Counted from the stretch's first letter, positions 20,939-30,383 are shown. The stretch is 64,000 bases of DNA from an uncultured bacterium (GCA_964482725.1 CAYZYT010000006.1:19777-83776); one strand, 5' to 3'. Notes: generated by a model from the sequence alone, not told the origin. A program made the numbers and translations.

Positions 20939-20966
20939 GTGACTGCCACTTGGGGTGACTGTCACT
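20939..20966. promoter_or_regulatory. Tandem GTGAC-N-GTCAC-type palindromes immediately upstream of the GT4-GT9 gene start
   Basis: gtgactgccac and gtgactgtcac lie 6 nt apart and end about 10 nt before the ATG at 20927. No Shine-Dalgarno sequence is visible. Confidence 0.45.
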
Positions 20967-20985
20967 CTCCTGTCTCTAACGGGAT

Positions 20986-22935
20986 TCATATCAAACCTCC
21001 CAGCCGCTCGATCAAGGCATCTTTTTCGCGTTGAAGAACCGGTGTTGCGGGTTGCTTCAGGAGTCCTGTCATATGCTTTTCCAGGTCCGCCAGACTGCTC
21101 AAGGTCACGAGCCCGCGCTGGGCAAGGATCTGATGAAAACGGTAATGTTTACCGGGAAGCTCTCCTCCCCCGAGGCTCAGCACGATCACACGCTTGCCCG
21201 TTCCCACGGCTTCCGAGATCATGGCAAGACTGTCCTCCGTCACGATCAAAAGGTCCGCGAGCCCCATCATCCCGCCCGACGCGTAAGGCGGATTCTCTTC
21301 ATTGGCGATCACGAGAAACCGGCAAAAGGGATGCTGCAAAAGCGCCTCCTTAAGAAAACGTTCCACCGGGGCCGACGTTCGCCGGGACGTGGTGATCATA
21401 CAGTCTCCGGTGCACGGACTTGTGCTTTTCAAGATCGAAAAAAGTTTCTCCATGTCATCGACCCTCAAGTCATAGCCCCGCGTGGCACCTCCGAGAAACA
21501 CCGCCACTCTCGGCCGGACCCCGTCTCCCAGTTTCGCTCGCAGCTGGCTCACATCCGCCTCGCGATCCAAAGTTTTGTACCCGCTCGGCATGACCCCACA
21601 ACGGATCGTCCGCTTGGGGACTAGACCGCTATCATGGGCCGGCACGATCGCCAGGTCATAATGCGTCGCGGAATAGGGAAAGGGCGGATTCATGATCACG
21701 ATCTTTTTTGCCCCGGTCTCCTGCGCCAGAAGCATCTGGAGCGGAGCAAGCCCGGAACCTGCCGCGATAATATAATCGGCGTTCGCCTGCTCGATCGCTT
21801 TTTGTGTTTCCGCGGTAAAAAAGGGTGCGAGCCCATGGAGCCTTCCCTGGATCCAGGGTTTCATCAGAAAGGCCAGACAGAACAAAGCCGTCCTGTGGAA
21901 CGCCGAGCGGTATTCCACAAGGATCTTTTCTGTTTCAAATTTAAGGCCGGGACGACCGTGGAATTCCTTGAAATCCGAGAGCATCTCCGCCACCCCCTCG
22001 GATTGTTTTAAATGCCCCGCTTTCCCGTCCGAAAGGATCACGATCTTCCGATCCCAACAATACTTCCAGCGCTTATTCTCCCAAAGCCATTGGTTCGGGA
22101 ATTTCCGGATAAAACCTTCGAGCACGTCCAGGTATTGCCGGACCTGGAACTCCACGCGCGCCTGCGGCGCAAGCGAGGGATCATCTTTCAGAACCTCTTC
22201 AGCATAGACCTCGTGTTCGCGCCCACCGGTTCTCACGATAAAGAAGGGCATAATAAACGCGTCCGTGCGATGCGCCAACTGGAAAGCCCCTGTCGGGACC
22301 GTAGTCCTTCGACCAAAGAACGGCAGAAGGATCCCGTCGGTCTTGCCCGCCGATTGATCGCCCAGGACCCCGATCATTTTTTTCTCGCGAAGTGCGCGGA
22401 TCAGACCCCGGATGCCCGCGCCACGAGGGATGGAAACCGAACCGTGGCTTTCCCGAAGTTCGTTGATCAATCCGTTGATCCTCGGATATTTCTGCTCCCG
22501 CGTCAGCACGTGGATCGGCGTACCGCGAAGCCCGGACCAAACCTGCAAAAGCTCCCAGTTCCCAAAATGCGCGGTGATCAGAACCCCGCCATGCCCCGAG
22601 CGAAGAAGCGCTTCGTAACGGTCCAGGTGGTGGATCTTGACATCAAGATCGTGATGCTTGCGTTTCATCTGTTTAAAAGACATCACTTCCACGGCGGTCT
22701 GCCCCATAAAACCAAAATGATCCCGCACGGCTTTCCATCGCTCCCCGGGGGTCAGCTGCCCCCCCAGCACGGCCTTCAGATTGATGTAAGCCACGCGCCG
22801 TTTGGAGGAGACATAAAACACCCCGCGTCCCACGAGATCACCGGCCCGGAGGCTGATCGCGAACGGGATACGCTCAAAAATAAAAATGAGAGCGCGCGCT
22901 GCCAGGCAAGCGACGCGATCCAGCAGGGCTTCCAT
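20986..22935 (-). CDS. Lipid A biosynthesis acyltransferase (LpxL/LpxM-like) fused to a C-terminal ELM1/DUF1022-like domain
   Basis: The N-terminal roughly 300 aa have an HFGNWE acyltransferase motif and family blocks. The C-terminal roughly 350 aa form a Rossmann-like domain (KIVILSDGKAGHLKQSEGVAEML...) resembling the ELM1-type domain. Confidence 0.65.
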   Translation of the reverse strand: MEALLDRVACLAARALIFIFERIPFAISLRAGDLVGRGVFYVSSKRRVAYINLKAVLGGQLTPGERWKAVRDHFGFMGQTAVEVMSFKQMKRKHHDLDVKIHHLDRYEALLRSGHGGVLITAHFGNWELLQVWSGLRGTPIHVLTREQKYPRINGLINELRESHGSVSIPRGAGIRGLIRALREKKMIGVLGDQSAGKTDGILLPFFGRRTTVPTGAFQLAHRTDAFIMPFFIVRTGGREHEVYAEEVLKDDPSLAPQARVEFQVRQYLDVLEGFIRKFPNQWLWENKRWKYCWDRKIVILSDGKAGHLKQSEGVAEMLSDFKEFHGRPGLKFETEKILVEYRSAFHRTALFCLAFLMKPWIQGRLHGLAPFFTAETQKAIEQANADYIIAAGSGLAPLQMLLAQETGAKKIVIMNPPFPYSATHYDLAIVPAHDSGLVPKRTIRCGVMPSGYKTLDREADVSQLRAKLGDGVRPRVAVFLGGATRGYDLRVDDMEKLFSILKSTSPCTGDCMITTSRRTSAPVERFLKEALLQHPFCRFLVIANEENPPYASGGMMGLADLLIVTEDSLAMISEAVGTGKRVIVLSLGGGELPGKHYRFHQILAQRGLVTLSSLADLEKHMTGLLKQPATPVLQREKDALIERLGGLI

Positions 22936-22938
22936 GAA

Positions 22939-23988
22939 TTAATTCCTTACTCCGAGCAAACGGAATAGCCGGTCGGTGAGGATCTCTTCTCCCGATACCA
23001 CGCGAAGCCGCGCGGCAAGGACCAGCGGGTTGAGCGTTTCTGTGATCAGCTCACGGGAACGGTAAAAATCTTTTTCCGTCGTGATGATCTCTTCGGCCCC
23101 GGCGGATTGCGCAACTTCCTTGATCTTCAAAAGCTCTTCCCGGGTGTATTCATGGTGATCCAGAAATTCAAAGTTCCGGACGGTCTTGAGCTGAAAACGC
23201 TGCAAGACGAGCTGAAAGGACCTCGGCGTCCCTACCGCCGCGAAAGTTGCGACGCGCCGGCCGGCCATCTTTTCGATCACGGTCCGGACTTTGGTCTTGG
23301 CACGATAAAGGAAGAGCACTTCCATCATCGTCTCGACGATTTGCGCCTGCGGCGCCAGGGCCGCGATCTTTTCCCTGAGTTTTTTGAGCTCTTCGGGACT
23401 CACAAGATTTACGTGGGTGAGCACGAGGATGGCGGCACGCTTCAGGACCTCGAGCGGTTCGCGCAAAATACCCCGGGGGATGAGTTTCCCATTGCCGAAG
23501 GGGTTCAACGAATTGACGACCACGATGTCGACATCCCGGTGAAGGACTTGATGCTGAAGCCCATCGTCGAGAATGGCAATATCCACATGCCGCTTTTCGT
23601 CTTTCACGCGCTGCGCGACCTTCGCACGATCCTTACCGACACCAATGACGGCCGTCGGAAGATGATTCTGAAGTTCCAGGGCCTCATCATGGCTGTAACC
23701 GCGCATGAGGACCAGGGGCACGCGCCGGTGCATCCCGATCTTGCGCGCGAGATATTCCACGAAAGGCGTTTTACCTGTGCCGCCCCAGGTCAGATTCCCG
23801 ACGCTGATCACCGGATACGGAAGCCGCTTGCGTGCCAGGACCTTGCGTTCATAAAGCCCGCGGAACACCCGAACCCCGTGACCGTACCCCCAGGCTGCGA
23901 GAGAAAGAAGCCCGGTGAGCACTCCGTTCGTCGGGTCATTTTGTTTGTCCTCCGCCAGGAGACGAAAGTAATTCTTCATGCTGTCCAT
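22939..23988 (-). CDS. lpxK: Tetraacyldisaccharide 4'-kinase
   Basis: It has the P-loop VISVGNLTWGGTGKTP typical of LpxK. It overlaps waaA. Confidence 0.85.
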   Translation of the reverse strand: MDSMKNYFRLLAEDKQNDPTNGVLTGLLSLAAWGYGHGVRVFRGLYERKVLARKRLPYPVISVGNLTWGGTGKTPFVEYLARKIGMHRRVPLVLMRGYSHDEALELQNHLPTAVIGVGKDRAKVAQRVKDEKRHVDIAILDDGLQHQVLHRDVDIVVVNSLNPFGNGKLIPRGILREPLEVLKRAAILVLTHVNLVSPEELKKLREKIAALAPQAQIVETMMEVLFLYRAKTKVRTVIEKMAGRRVATFAAVGTPRSFQLVLQRFQLKTVRNFEFLDHHEYTREELLKIKEVAQSAGAEEIITTEKDFYRSRELITETLNPLVLAARLRVVSGEEILTDRLFRLLGVRN

Positions 23989-25306
23989 TGATTGTGATCC
24001 TTTCTTGAGGGCGCCGGCTTCTAAGGAACGTCAGGATCCACCCGGCCTGACGTTTGCTGGCACCCCGTAAACGGTTGACGATCTGAAAAGCCTTTTGTCC
24101 CATCTCATGACGCCTGCCCTCATTCGCGAGGAGCTCCGCCGCCGCGGACGACAGTTCGTCCGGAGCCGAGATCCTGAGAGCACCACCGTCATGATCGAGC
24201 TGGTGGTAGATCTTGTGAAAGTTAAAAACATGCACTCCATGGAGTATTGCTTTGCTAAAACGCGCGGGCTCGATCGGGTTCTGACCTCCGTGAGGGATCA
24301 GGCTCCCGCCCATGAACACAAGGTCCGCGATTCCGTACAGATTCTTGAGAACGCCTAACTGGTCCAGCACTAGCACTGCCGGCTCCGGACCTTCTTTTTT
24401 CTTCATCGATGACGCCACGCTAAAACCGTATTTCCCTAATAACTTTAAAAGCCCCTCGGACCGCTCGATATGGCGTGGCGCGAGGATCAACTTCAGTCCC
24501 GGGAACCGTTCGCGCAACGCCTTAAAAGCGACCATGATCATTGCTTCTTCCCCCGGATGCGTGCTGCCCGCGATCCACACAAGATCCCCGGAGTGATACC
24601 CCCAGGCTTCCCGAAGACCCGCCGTATCGTCGGCCCTGTCCGCAGACCATTCTGCCTGGTCAAACTTCAGGTTCCCCATATCCCGCACCGCTTCTTCCGC
24701 AATGCCCAGTCCTCTGAAACGGACGGCATCTTCTTCGGACTGTGCGAGCACAAAATCGAGCTTTCCCCACAAAGGCTTGAAAAGCCAGGGAACGCTCTTG
24801 TACCTTTTAAACGAACGCTTCGACAGCCGGGCGTTGACCACCCCCACCGGGATATCCCGACGCTTAGCTTCGGTCAAAAGATTCGGCCAGATCTCCGTCT
24901 CCACAAGCAACAAACAAACCGGTTTAAAAAGATCGAGAAAACGCTTCACGACGGGAGTCAAGTCGAATGGAAAATAACAGACATGCACTCGTTCGCCCGA
25001 AAATTTTTTGGCGATCCTCTGTCCGGTCGGCGTCACGGTCGTCAGCAAAAGTTCATATTCCGTGGCGGTGGCTAGCCATTCCTCGATGAACTTTTCGACG
25101 GCCATCACTTCCCCCACGCTTACCGCATGAAGCCAGACCACCTTCTTCCCGGCGAATTTTCCGGCCCAGTCCTCCGGAAATATCCCCCGGCGTTCCCGCC
25201 AAAGCGCCTTCGAGTCTTCGGCTTGGCGAAGTTTGGCCCAAAAAATCGGGGCATAAAAGATCGCGAACGCTATGAATGCCAGGTTGTATAAAAAGGTTCT
25301 TAACAT
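23936..25306 (-). CDS. waaA: 3-deoxy-D-manno-octulosonic acid (Kdo) transferase
   Basis: It has VWLHAVSVGEVMAVEKFIEEW and the other KdtA family blocks. It is 456 aa. Confidence 0.9.
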   Translation of the reverse strand: MLRTFLYNLAFIAFAIFYAPIFWAKLRQAEDSKALWRERRGIFPEDWAGKFAGKKVVWLHAVSVGEVMAVEKFIEEWLATATEYELLLTTVTPTGQRIAKKFSGERVHVCYFPFDLTPVVKRFLDLFKPVCLLLVETEIWPNLLTEAKRRDIPVGVVNARLSKRSFKRYKSVPWLFKPLWGKLDFVLAQSEEDAVRFRGLGIAEEAVRDMGNLKFDQAEWSADRADDTAGLREAWGYHSGDLVWIAGSTHPGEEAMIMVAFKALRERFPGLKLILAPRHIERSEGLLKLLGKYGFSVASSMKKKEGPEPAVLVLDQLGVLKNLYGIADLVFMGGSLIPHGGQNPIEPARFSKAILHGVHVFNFHKIYHQLDHDGGALRISAPDELSSAAAELLANEGRRHEMGQKAFQIVNRLRGASKRQAGWILTFLRSRRPQERITINGQHEELLSSPGGGQTK

Positions 25307-25338
25307 ATCGATGTCCCTGCCGCTATCGCGGTTTTTTT

Positions 25339-25416
25339 GTCATTCCCGCATGCTTTAAGCGGGAATCCATTTTTATTTCTCGCTCTGGATCCCCGACAAC
25401 AACATTCGGGGATGAC
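25339..25416. repeat. Hairpin-repeat element (gene-less copy B) between waaA and xerC
   Basis: The sequence is gtcattcccgc-atgctttaa-gcgggaatcca [16-nt spacer] tggatccccga-caacaacat-tcggggatgac. Confidence 0.8.
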
Positions 25417-25436
25417 TCTTCGCAAAAAGCGCTCGG

Positions 25437-26315
25437 TCACGCCCTCGGATGCGCCGACGCGTAAGCCTCTTTAAGGCGCTGGGTCGTCACATGCGTGTAG
25501 ATCTGCGTGGTCGAAAGGTTCGCGTGCCCCAAAAGTTCCTGAACGCTCCTGAGGTCCGCCCCGCGATCGAGCATATGGGTCGCGAAAGAATGGCGGAACG
25601 TGTGAGGCGAGATCTCTTTCCCGAGCCCCGTCCTCTTCACATATTTCAAGACCATGCGCCGGACACTCCGGTCCGTCAGTCGACTCCCGATCCGGCTGAT
25701 AAAAAGAGGTTTTTTTATTGCGCTCGCATTTTCTCGCGGCGCCTTCATATCCCAATAAGCCCGCAGGCTGTTCAAGGCGGCCTGTCCCACGGGCACGATG
25801 CGCTCTTTTTTCCCTTTGCCTCGCACGCGGACCAGACCCCCAAAAAAATCCAGATCGTCATGATTGAGCCCCGCGAGTTCGCTCACCCGGAGCCCGGAGC
25901 TGTAAAGCATCTCCAAGATCGACTTATCGCGCTTTTCCTCCCAAGAGTTTTTGGCCGGAGCGTCGAGAAGTTTGGCGATCTCATCGGGATTCATGAAAGA
26001 AGGAAGCCTTTTTTCTTTTTTGGGGGTCGCGATCCCCGCCGCAGGATTTTGCGTCAGGATATTCTCGCGCACCAGATATTTGAAGAACGAACGAAGGCAG
26101 GCGAGCTTTCTGGAAATCGAGCTTTTACTGTATTCGCGGGTCTTAAGAAAGGCTAAAAAAGAGCGGATATCAAGATAAGTCAGACCCGGAAGCTCTTTCT
26201 CTGCAATGAATTTTGCGAATTCCCGGAGATCGATCCCGTAATTTTTAGTCGTATGTTCCGAGGCGCCCTTTTCGGTCGCGAGAAAACTCAAAAAATCTTC
26301 TGCCTGCTTATTCAT
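25437..26315 (-). CDS. Tyrosine site-specific recombinase XerC/XerD
   Basis: It has an N-terminal SAM-like domain. The C-terminal catalytic residues lie in ...HTFRHSFATHMLDRGADLRSVQELLGHANLSTTQIYTHV. The start is taken at the internal ATG (MNKQAEDFL...). Confidence 0.85.
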   Translation of the reverse strand: MNKQAEDFLSFLATEKGASEHTTKNYGIDLREFAKFIAEKELPGLTYLDIRSFLAFLKTREYSKSSISRKLACLRSFFKYLVRENILTQNPAAGIATPKKEKRLPSFMNPDEIAKLLDAPAKNSWEEKRDKSILEMLYSSGLRVSELAGLNHDDLDFFGGLVRVRGKGKKERIVPVGQAALNSLRAYWDMKAPRENASAIKKPLFISRIGSRLTDRSVRRMVLKYVKRTGLGKEISPHTFRHSFATHMLDRGADLRSVQELLGHANLSTTQIYTHVTTQRLKEAYASAHPRA

Positions 26316-26325
26316 GCTCGGGAAC

Positions 26326-28455
26326 TCACGGGGCTTCGGAGGAAGCTTCGGCGGCATCTTCTTTTTTCGGCAGCTCATTGACCGCATATTTACAGGTCGG
26401 ATAATGGGAACAACCGTAAAATGCCGCACGCCCTTTGGCCCGTCGCTTCAGAAGTTCTCCTCCGCAACCCGGCTCCGGACAAAAGAAACCGGTCGGCAGG
26501 GAACGCGTGTATTTGCATTCGGGGAACCCAGAGCAGGCCATGAATTTGCCGAACCGTCCGAACTTAATGAAGACCTGCTTGCCGCACAGATCGCATTTGT
26601 AATCCGTGGGGATGGGCGCTTGCTTGACGCTTTTCATTTCGGTCTGTGCGCGCTCCAAAAATTCTCCGAAGGGCTCATAAAAATCCTTCAGGACTTTCAC
26701 CCACTCCATTTTCCCTTCCTCGATCTCATCGAGCTCCGCTTCCATAAGCGCCGTAAACTTCGCATCCAGGATCGTCGGGAAATGCTTGACCAAAATATCC
26801 ACGACCGTTTCGCCCAGTTCGGTCGGCATGAGGGCGCCCCCCTTTCGTTCCGCGTAAACCCGCCCCAGGATCGTTGAGATCGTCGGGGCATAAGTGCTGG
26901 GGCGGCCGATGCCTTCTTCTTCCAGCAGCTTGATCAAACTCGCGTCGTTGAATCGGGGCGGTGCTTTTGTAAAATGCTGTTCGCCCAAAAGCTCCAGCAG
27001 CGACAGATTCTGACCGACCTTCAGATCGGGCAGTTCGACCACTTCCGGCGTTTCTTCTTCGCTCTCCTTGGAAGAGTCCTTTTCAACCTTGATCTCACCA
27101 AACGCAGCCGTAAAGCCTAAAAAAAGACTCCGCTTACCGGTCGTGCGAAATTCGTAGGCCCCTCCGGCCTGGATCGAAATCGTGGTGTGCTCATCGATCG
27201 AAGGCACCATCTGGGACGACAAGAATTTCCTCCAGATCATTTCGTAGAGTTTTAGCTCATCGCTTTCAAGGAAATCTTTCACCGAATCCGGAATGCGAAA
27301 GGCCGAGGTCGGACGAACGGCCTCGTGAGCTTCTTGCGCGCCCTTGCGGGATTTGTAAATCGTTGGTTTTTCGGGGAGATAATCTTTTCCGAATTTCTCG
27401 CAGATGTACCGCGCGGCTTCCTCTTGGGCAGAAACAGCAACATTCACAGAATCCGTTCTCATGTACGTAATGAGACCGACGCTCCCTTCTTCTCCGAGCT
27501 CCACACCTTCATAAAGTTTCTGAGCAATGCGCATCGTATTGGCCGCCGAGAACCCGAGCCGGCTGTAGGCTTCCTGCTGGAGCTTGCTTGTGGTATAGGG
27601 GGCCTGCGGTTTGCGACGCTTTTCGGTCTTTTCAATGTTTGAGACCTGGAAAGGAAGCTGCTGAAGCTCCTGCTTGATCCGGTCGATCTCGCCCTGGTTC
27701 TTAAGCTCGGGTTTTACCTTATCAATCCGCGTGAGGCGAGAAAGAAAAAATTTCGAATGCTCGGGACCTTCGGAAGCGGCAAGCTTCGCATCCAGCGTCC
27801 AGTATTCTTGCGAAACGAATTTCCGGATCTCACGCTCGCGATCCACGATAAACCGAAGTGCCACGGACTGCACCCGCCCCGCGCTGAGTCCCCGCCCGAC
27901 ATTACGCCAAAGGAGCGGGCTCAATTGATACCCGACCACACGATCCAGAATACGACGCGCCTGTTGGGCATTCACAAGATTCATGTCGATCGCGCGAGGA
28001 TGGTCAAAAGCCTTGAGGACAGCTTCTTTGGTGATCTCATTAAATTCCACCCGGAGGATCTTCGGACCATGGCCTTCTTCCGAAAAGATATGGGCCAGGT
28101 GCCAGCTGATGGCTTCGCCTTCCCGGTCCGGATCGGGCGCGACGTAAATAGTTTCTTTATCCCGGGCGTCTTTCTTGAGCTGCTTGACCGTTTTGAGAGC
28201 ACGGCGAATGATGATGTATTCCGGGGCGAAATCATGCTCGATATCCACGGCCATCCGGCTTTTCGGAAGGTCCCGAACATGGCCCATGGACGCTACGACC
28301 TGGAAATCCTTGCCAAGGAACTTATTGATGGTTTTAGCCTTGGCCGGCGATTCCACGATCACCAGATGCTTGGGCCCATTTGAAGACTTGACGGACTTAG
28401 CCGCTTTGGGTTTCTTAACGGCTTTGACTCCCTTTTTTGCTTTTACTTTCGCCAC
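26326..28455 (-). CDS. topA: DNA topoisomerase I
   Basis: It has a Toprim and topoisomerase IA core (HLVIVESPAKAKTI...) and C-terminal zinc ribbons. It starts at GTG with an AAGGAG ribosome-binding site, which I checked by translation. Confidence 0.95.
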   Translation of the reverse strand: MAKVKAKKGVKAVKKPKAAKSVKSSNGPKHLVIVESPAKAKTINKFLGKDFQVVASMGHVRDLPKSRMAVDIEHDFAPEYIIIRRALKTVKQLKKDARDKETIYVAPDPDREGEAISWHLAHIFSEEGHGPKILRVEFNEITKEAVLKAFDHPRAIDMNLVNAQQARRILDRVVGYQLSPLLWRNVGRGLSAGRVQSVALRFIVDREREIRKFVSQEYWTLDAKLAASEGPEHSKFFLSRLTRIDKVKPELKNQGEIDRIKQELQQLPFQVSNIEKTEKRRKPQAPYTTSKLQQEAYSRLGFSAANTMRIAQKLYEGVELGEEGSVGLITYMRTDSVNVAVSAQEEAARYICEKFGKDYLPEKPTIYKSRKGAQEAHEAVRPTSAFRIPDSVKDFLESDELKLYEMIWRKFLSSQMVPSIDEHTTISIQAGGAYEFRTTGKRSLFLGFTAAFGEIKVEKDSSKESEEETPEVVELPDLKVGQNLSLLELLGEQHFTKAPPRFNDASLIKLLEEEGIGRPSTYAPTISTILGRVYAERKGGALMPTELGETVVDILVKHFPTILDAKFTALMEAELDEIEEGKMEWVKVLKDFYEPFGEFLERAQTEMKSVKQAPIPTDYKCDLCGKQVFIKFGRFGKFMACSGFPECKYTRSLPTGFFCPEPGCGGELLKRRAKGRAAFYGCSHYPTCKYAVNELPKKEDAAEASSEAP

Positions 28456-28730
28456 AAGAACTCCTTGGTAAGTTATAAGTCATAAGAAAGCGTTAAGCAT
28501 TAAGCGGTAAGCGCTAAGTTAAGCCTGTTCCCTCCCGCTTAGCGCTTACAGCTTATCGCCTGCTTTCAAGAGATGGGATTCTAAACAAAATGCGGGAGAT
28601 TGTAAACCGCAAGTTTATCGGACGCTTGTAACCCGTTTAACAAAAAAGGGTTAAGAGAATTGATGCGCCGCCAGGCTTCACCCCATCCCCACACCTTTAA
28701 ACACCGGAAAACTCCCTGCAAAGGACAGGG

Positions 28731-28768
28731 CCACGAACCTGTAAAATCGAAAGTCCTTTAGCGCTAAG
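28731..28768 (-). repeat. Conserved ~37-nt element (copy 2), also found in the hldE leader
   Basis: ccacgaacctgtaaaatcgaaagtcctttagcgctaag at this site matches ctgcgaacccgtaaaatcaaaagtaacgcagtcttag at 10751-10787. Confidence 0.5.
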
Positions 28769-28793
28769 AATACCCTTCAAAAAATCTCCTCCG

Positions 28794-29210
28794 CTAAGAA
28801 ATTTGCTCCCAGGGATCGTCTTTGGGTTTGACATTGGCCGGAGGCGCCTTTTTGAAATTACCGTGGGAAAGCTTATAAAGAGACTCGAGTTCCATGATCT
28901 GAGAATCCCGTACCGCTTCTTTTTCAACACGGCGAACCAAACGTTTCAACGCCCCGAGACGAATACCAAGATTCTCGATACAAAGCGTGGTCAGAAGCCG
29001 CGCCAGGATGTTCACATGAACTTCAATGCCTGTCAGGCGATCCTCTGCCCGTTCCCCGCCCTCAGCCACCTTGCCCATTTCCTTTTTGAGATCCGCGAGC
29101 TTCGTATAAAGGGAAAGGACCTCTTTGAGAGTCCCCCCGGCCCTTTTGCTGGCAAGCTTTCTCTTCTTCGAATGTTTTCGTTTGGCCATAGCCTTTATCT
29201 CGTTAAACAA
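28794..29210 (-). CDS. Hypothetical protein. It is basic with a predicted coiled-coil.
   Basis: This ORF appears only in the track, and I recognise no family. Confidence 0.35.
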   Translation of the reverse strand: MFNEIKAMAKRKHSKKRKLASKRAGGTLKEVLSLYTKLADLKKEMGKVAEGGERAEDRLTGIEVHVNILARLLTTLCIENLGIRLGALKRLVRRVEKEAVRDSQIMELESLYKLSHGNFKKAPPANVKPKDDPWEQIS

Positions 29211-29301
29211 AGTTTAGCACATCGGTCTTGTTCGTGTGCCCCGAAGCATGAGCGCAATGGTTAACGCACAGCATAAAAGTGTTGAACCCATCGTTGCGCA
29301 C

Positions 29302-29340
29302 AAAAAAATCCTCCTCCGCGGTCGCCCACAGAGGAGGATC
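29302..29340 (-). terminator. Rho-independent terminator downstream of the RDD gene
   Basis: A perfect 9-bp stem AUCCUCCUC/GAGGAGGAU with a 14-nt loop is followed by U7 on the minus strand. Confidence 0.65.
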
Positions 29341-29368
29341 TTCAAAAATCAATAAATCTTAACAGTGT

Positions 29369-29758
29369 TTAGACTTCAACGACCTGTGTCTTGGCCCAAT
29401 TGTCCGCAAGGCGATGCCCCTTGATGATCAGCATCACAATCTCGACAAGATACCCGACCACAAGCACGAACGGAATGATCAGAAGAATGTTCCGGATCAA
29501 AGCCTGGAGCCACGTAACTTTCTGCCCCGCAAGGCTGACAATCTTGATCTTGACCATCGCCCGTCCCGGAGAATAAACCGCATCGCGGAACACCAACCAG
29601 ATGATGTTAACGATCACGAGCACGATGCTGCGCACCATGTCCGGAGCCGCCAAAAGAACCAAACCGATTACAACCCCAAGAACGATGGGAATAACGACCA
29701 GGTCGATCAGACCCGCCGCAAACCTCTTCCCCTTACTTGCCGGCACCAATCCTTCCAT
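29369..29758 (-). CDS. RDD-family membrane protein
   Basis: It has three TM segments and an RLAD motif (KGHRLADNWAKT). Confidence 0.7.
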   Translation of the reverse strand: MEGLVPASKGKRFAAGLIDLVVIPIVLGVVIGLVLLAAPDMVRSIVLVIVNIIWLVFRDAVYSPGRAMVKIKIVSLAGQKVTWLQALIRNILLIIPFVLVVGYLVEIVMLIIKGHRLADNWAKTQVVEV

Positions 29759-30020
29759 CTTTGACTCCTTTCGTTGAAAGAACTTTTTCCTTTAACAAGA
29801 CATGGTTTCATATGAAACTCTATAGAGGAAACACCCGTCTGTCAAAACCTTTTCTGCTGAATCGCCCTACTAATAACGGCCTCCCTGCGCCGGAGCTTAA
29901 CGGACGAAAACAGCAAAAGTCACAAGGTCTCCCAGTCACCATGAGCACAAGGCACAAAGCTCAAAGCGAAGCGGAGCAGGATTATCTCTCCCTTGTCCCG
30001 CGGAGACCGCATAAAACGCT

Positions 30021-30053
30021 GTCATCCCCGAATGCTTTTGTCGGGGATCCAGG
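30021..30053. repeat. Half of a hairpin-repeat element (terminal hairpin, copy C), 3 nt from the GIY-YIG stop codon
   Basis: gtcatccccga-atgcttttg-tcggggatccagg is the reverse-complement orientation of the right arm of copy A. Confidence 0.8.
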
Positions 30054-30056
30054 ACA

Positions 30057-30347
30057 TCAGACGATCCTTTCAAAAAGGTCAGCCCACTCGGGATTAAAAC
30101 TTTCAATCAGCCTAAGTTTCCACTTCCGGTTCCATTTCTTGATTTGTTTCTCACGGACGATCGCATCTTCTATGCGTCGCGTTGCTTCACAGTAAACCAG
30201 CAACTTCATCCCATACGCTTTCGCAAAACCTTCTACCAAACCGTTCCGGTGTTCATAAGCCCGTCTTGCGAGATCATTGGTTACGCCGACATACAGAGTC
30301 CCATTCCTCCTGCTCGCCATGATATAGACATAATACGCCTCAAGCAT
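30057..30347 (-). CDS. GIY-YIG nuclease superfamily protein (UPF0213/YhbQ-like)
   Basis: YYVYIMASRRNGTLYVGVTNDLARRAYEHRNG gives GIY...YVG, the conserved R and E-H-N. It is 96 aa. Confidence 0.85.
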   Translation of the reverse strand: MLEAYYVYIMASRRNGTLYVGVTNDLARRAYEHRNGLVEGFAKAYGMKLLVYCEATRRIEDAIVREKQIKKWNRKWKLRLIESFNPEWADLFERIV

Positions 30348-30356
30348 TTTTCTTTA

Positions 30357-30383
30357 CTGGATTCCCGCCTCCGCGGGAATGAC
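30357..30383. repeat. Other half of the hairpin-repeat element (copy D), 9 nt upstream of the GIY-YIG start
   Basis: ctggattcccgc-ctcc-gcgggaatgac is the reverse-complement orientation of the left arm of copy A. It translates as ...RLRGNDK in the plus-strand shadow ORF. Confidence 0.8.

Noticed and set aside
29759-30020. ~260-nt gap between the RDD gene and the GIY-YIG gene, examined for a tRNA or small gene
   Set aside because: I found no tRNA-like arms and no ORF with a ribosome-binding site. The content is the left word-type inverted repeat plus hairpin copy C, described under the repeat findings.
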